From Utricularia gibba (lineage: Eukaryota > Plantae > Magnoliophyta), in contig NEEC01000020.1 of assembly GCA_002189035.1 (NCBI GenBank), forward strand, positions 1,550,001 through 1,614,000: a stretch of DNA of 64,000 nucleotides, in the 5' to 3' direction. Made by a program: the position numbers and the translations under genes. Shown here in pieces: positions 61,928-64,000 of this stretch. Position 1 is the first letter of the stretch. Every line of letters begins with the position of its first letter. A model generated the notes under the pieces. The model saw only the letters and a list, made by a program, of their open reading frames with translations, was not told where the DNA came from and ran no database searches.

Positions 61928-63348
61928 TAGTGGGAAGATAGTGGGAAGAAGATAGAAAGCTAGCAACAGAGTATTCGATGATTGGTCGGAATTGTGCACA
62001 CTTAATTCTATCCAATTTTGGAATTATTGTTGACCTAGTCCTCTCACTTCTAGACATTTCAATGATTTCAAAAAATGTTTAAATATCTAATATTTTGTTT
62101 TCACTCTATCCAAATCAATAGGAATATTTAATTAATGACATGTATAATTTTATAAAAAAGTGATTAATCAATTTAAAAATCCACTAAGTTTATTATGATG
62201 TACTCAAATTATTAAATGTTGGAATAGATATTTACAATTATATTACTTATAATATTAATATATTATTTACATATTTTTTAATTACTAGAAAAAGTTTTCG
62301 GATATTGTTGTAAATTTTGAAAAACCTATAAATATGAATATAATATAATAATCAAATCACATAATGAAGTAAATTAAATTGAGTGTTAAGTTAAATACAT
62401 ATTTTATTTTATATATTTAATTAAAAATTTATTCAAATCGAAAATTAATGAGTTAGAAAACATGAAAATTTGAAAGACACATAAATTACATATTTTTTAT
62501 TAATTTTTAATATATACTATAATATATTAATTATTTTTAATATATTTTGTTCAAAATCATAGTTTACAATAAACATATGTATCAAAAAGTATTTGTGAAA
62601 AAACGTTTGTATTGTTTTTTAACTTTTTTAAACAACATATGTATTTAAACAATATTTTAAAAAACGTTGATATTTGAAAATAATATAATATTTAATGTTT
62701 GTACCAAAGTAATATATTTTGAAACGTTTGTATTGAAGTTGAATAAAAGCTGAAATGTTTGTACCACAAAACTATTTTTGAAAATGTGTGCATCTAATTA
62801 TAAGCAATTTTTGAAATGTTAGCATCAAAACGTATTTTTCACCAAAAGGAAACATATATAGTACAACGACAGCATAGAATTCAAGGAATTCCAAGTGAAG
62901 ACCTTTGGGATAATGTTAATCTATGGGATGATGGCAATTGTAACCTCACTATTTATTCAGTTTATGTATTTTTGATCTACGTATTTTGAGCCGATCTAAC
63001 TTGTATGGCCCATTGTTTTTCCGATCTGACTATGTTGACCCATGTGATCTACATTTTTGACTCAACAAATATTTGTTTATAACTTTTTTAATATAATAAA
63101 TTTTATTTAGAAATATTTTGACCCAATTCACATTTTAAATTATGTGATTTTGATCCTAAAGTTCTTGTGGATGGAGCTACTTTGGTTGAACGTTATCTTT
63201 TTTTTTTGCTGTTTCGATCCAACCACTATATGCATTTTGATCTATATTGACCCATGTTTAATTTTTAAAAAAAATTAAAGTGTTTATAAAGATTGTTACA
63301 TTAATATTAGAACTTGTCAATTAAATGCAAAATACATATAAGCATTAC

Positions 63349-63760
63349 TTACTCCATGCATATTGGAATAATTATGTAGTTATTGTTCCATGGTTCATTC
63401 CTTTTAAGCCAATTTGGCATTACCCGATGTTGAAAATTACGCTCCGCTGCATTCCCAAACCACAACACATCAAGAATAACTACTCCACGCGTCCTTGACT
63501 TTGGTTGCTTCTTAGCATGTTTGCTGTCATAAATATATAAGAAAATATGAGACAAATATCATTATGTGCTAGAAAAAAACTATTTCTCATTACTTACTCA
63601 ATGATAGATTGTAAAACATCATCCCGCAAACGATTATATACTCTTAAATGTGGTGGGATTGGCTACTTTCGTGCACTTTTCAATTTTTCCATTTTGCCTT
63701 GTTGCACCTCCACATCTTGCCTGCTTACGGTGTCCATATTTACAACCCTCCCTTCAACAT
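63349..63760 (-). pseudogene. Ulp1-like (C48) peptidase exon remnants, probably MULE-borne
   Basis: ...VMPNWLKRNEPWNNNYIIIPICME followed by the donor GA/GTAAGT; a second identical donor context at ~63590-63600. Confidence 0.5.
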
Positions 63761-64000
63761 AACTATAATGAAAGGTGACATTGGTTTTCTTTTGGGGCTT
63801 GGCTTATCGCCATTTGGTTGCATCTTGCTTTGGTTGTTCCACCTGTTCATGATTGTACAACATTGAACATTATTGATTAAAATTAAGTAGATGCTTATTC
63901 AGATACCTGGGGTTGATGTTGATTCCTCTTGTTTCCTTATTATTGATAAGATCCATCCTTCGTCAAGTGATCATCATGACATGACCCCTCATTGACATCA

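Overview
Plant (angiosperm) nuclear DNA made up almost entirely of nested, mostly decayed transposable elements around one host gene. That gene is an intronless L-type lectin receptor-like kinase (4048-6023, +). Its only visible lesion is a 1-bp deletion in a C-run at 4736-4739, which splits lectin from TM-kinase. The largest structure is a four-level nest: a minus-strand Athila-like element (18491-24497) holds a complete Athila-like element (24498-39766, TSD AAGAT), which holds a hAT transposon (30734-35170, TSD GGTTTGGA), which holds a Tekay/Del-type solo LTR (31188-32397). Also present: several solo or partial LTRs of one Athila-like family, a Tat/Retand fragment with a spliced antisense ORF, a gag-less CRM-like element, MuDR and Ulp1 remnants, further hAT remnants and Tourist MITEs. 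The most unusual observation is a head-to-tail pair of related Athila-like elements (11812-24497) with complementary deletions. One keeps pol but has lost the accessory ORF core. The other keeps the accessory ORF and gag-protease, but its pol is reduced to an open, strongly diverged mini-ORF made only of inter-domain linkers. Neither copy has a canonical polypurine tract. No rRNA, tRNA or CRISPR array is supported. Family names come from motif recognition by eye; no database search was run.
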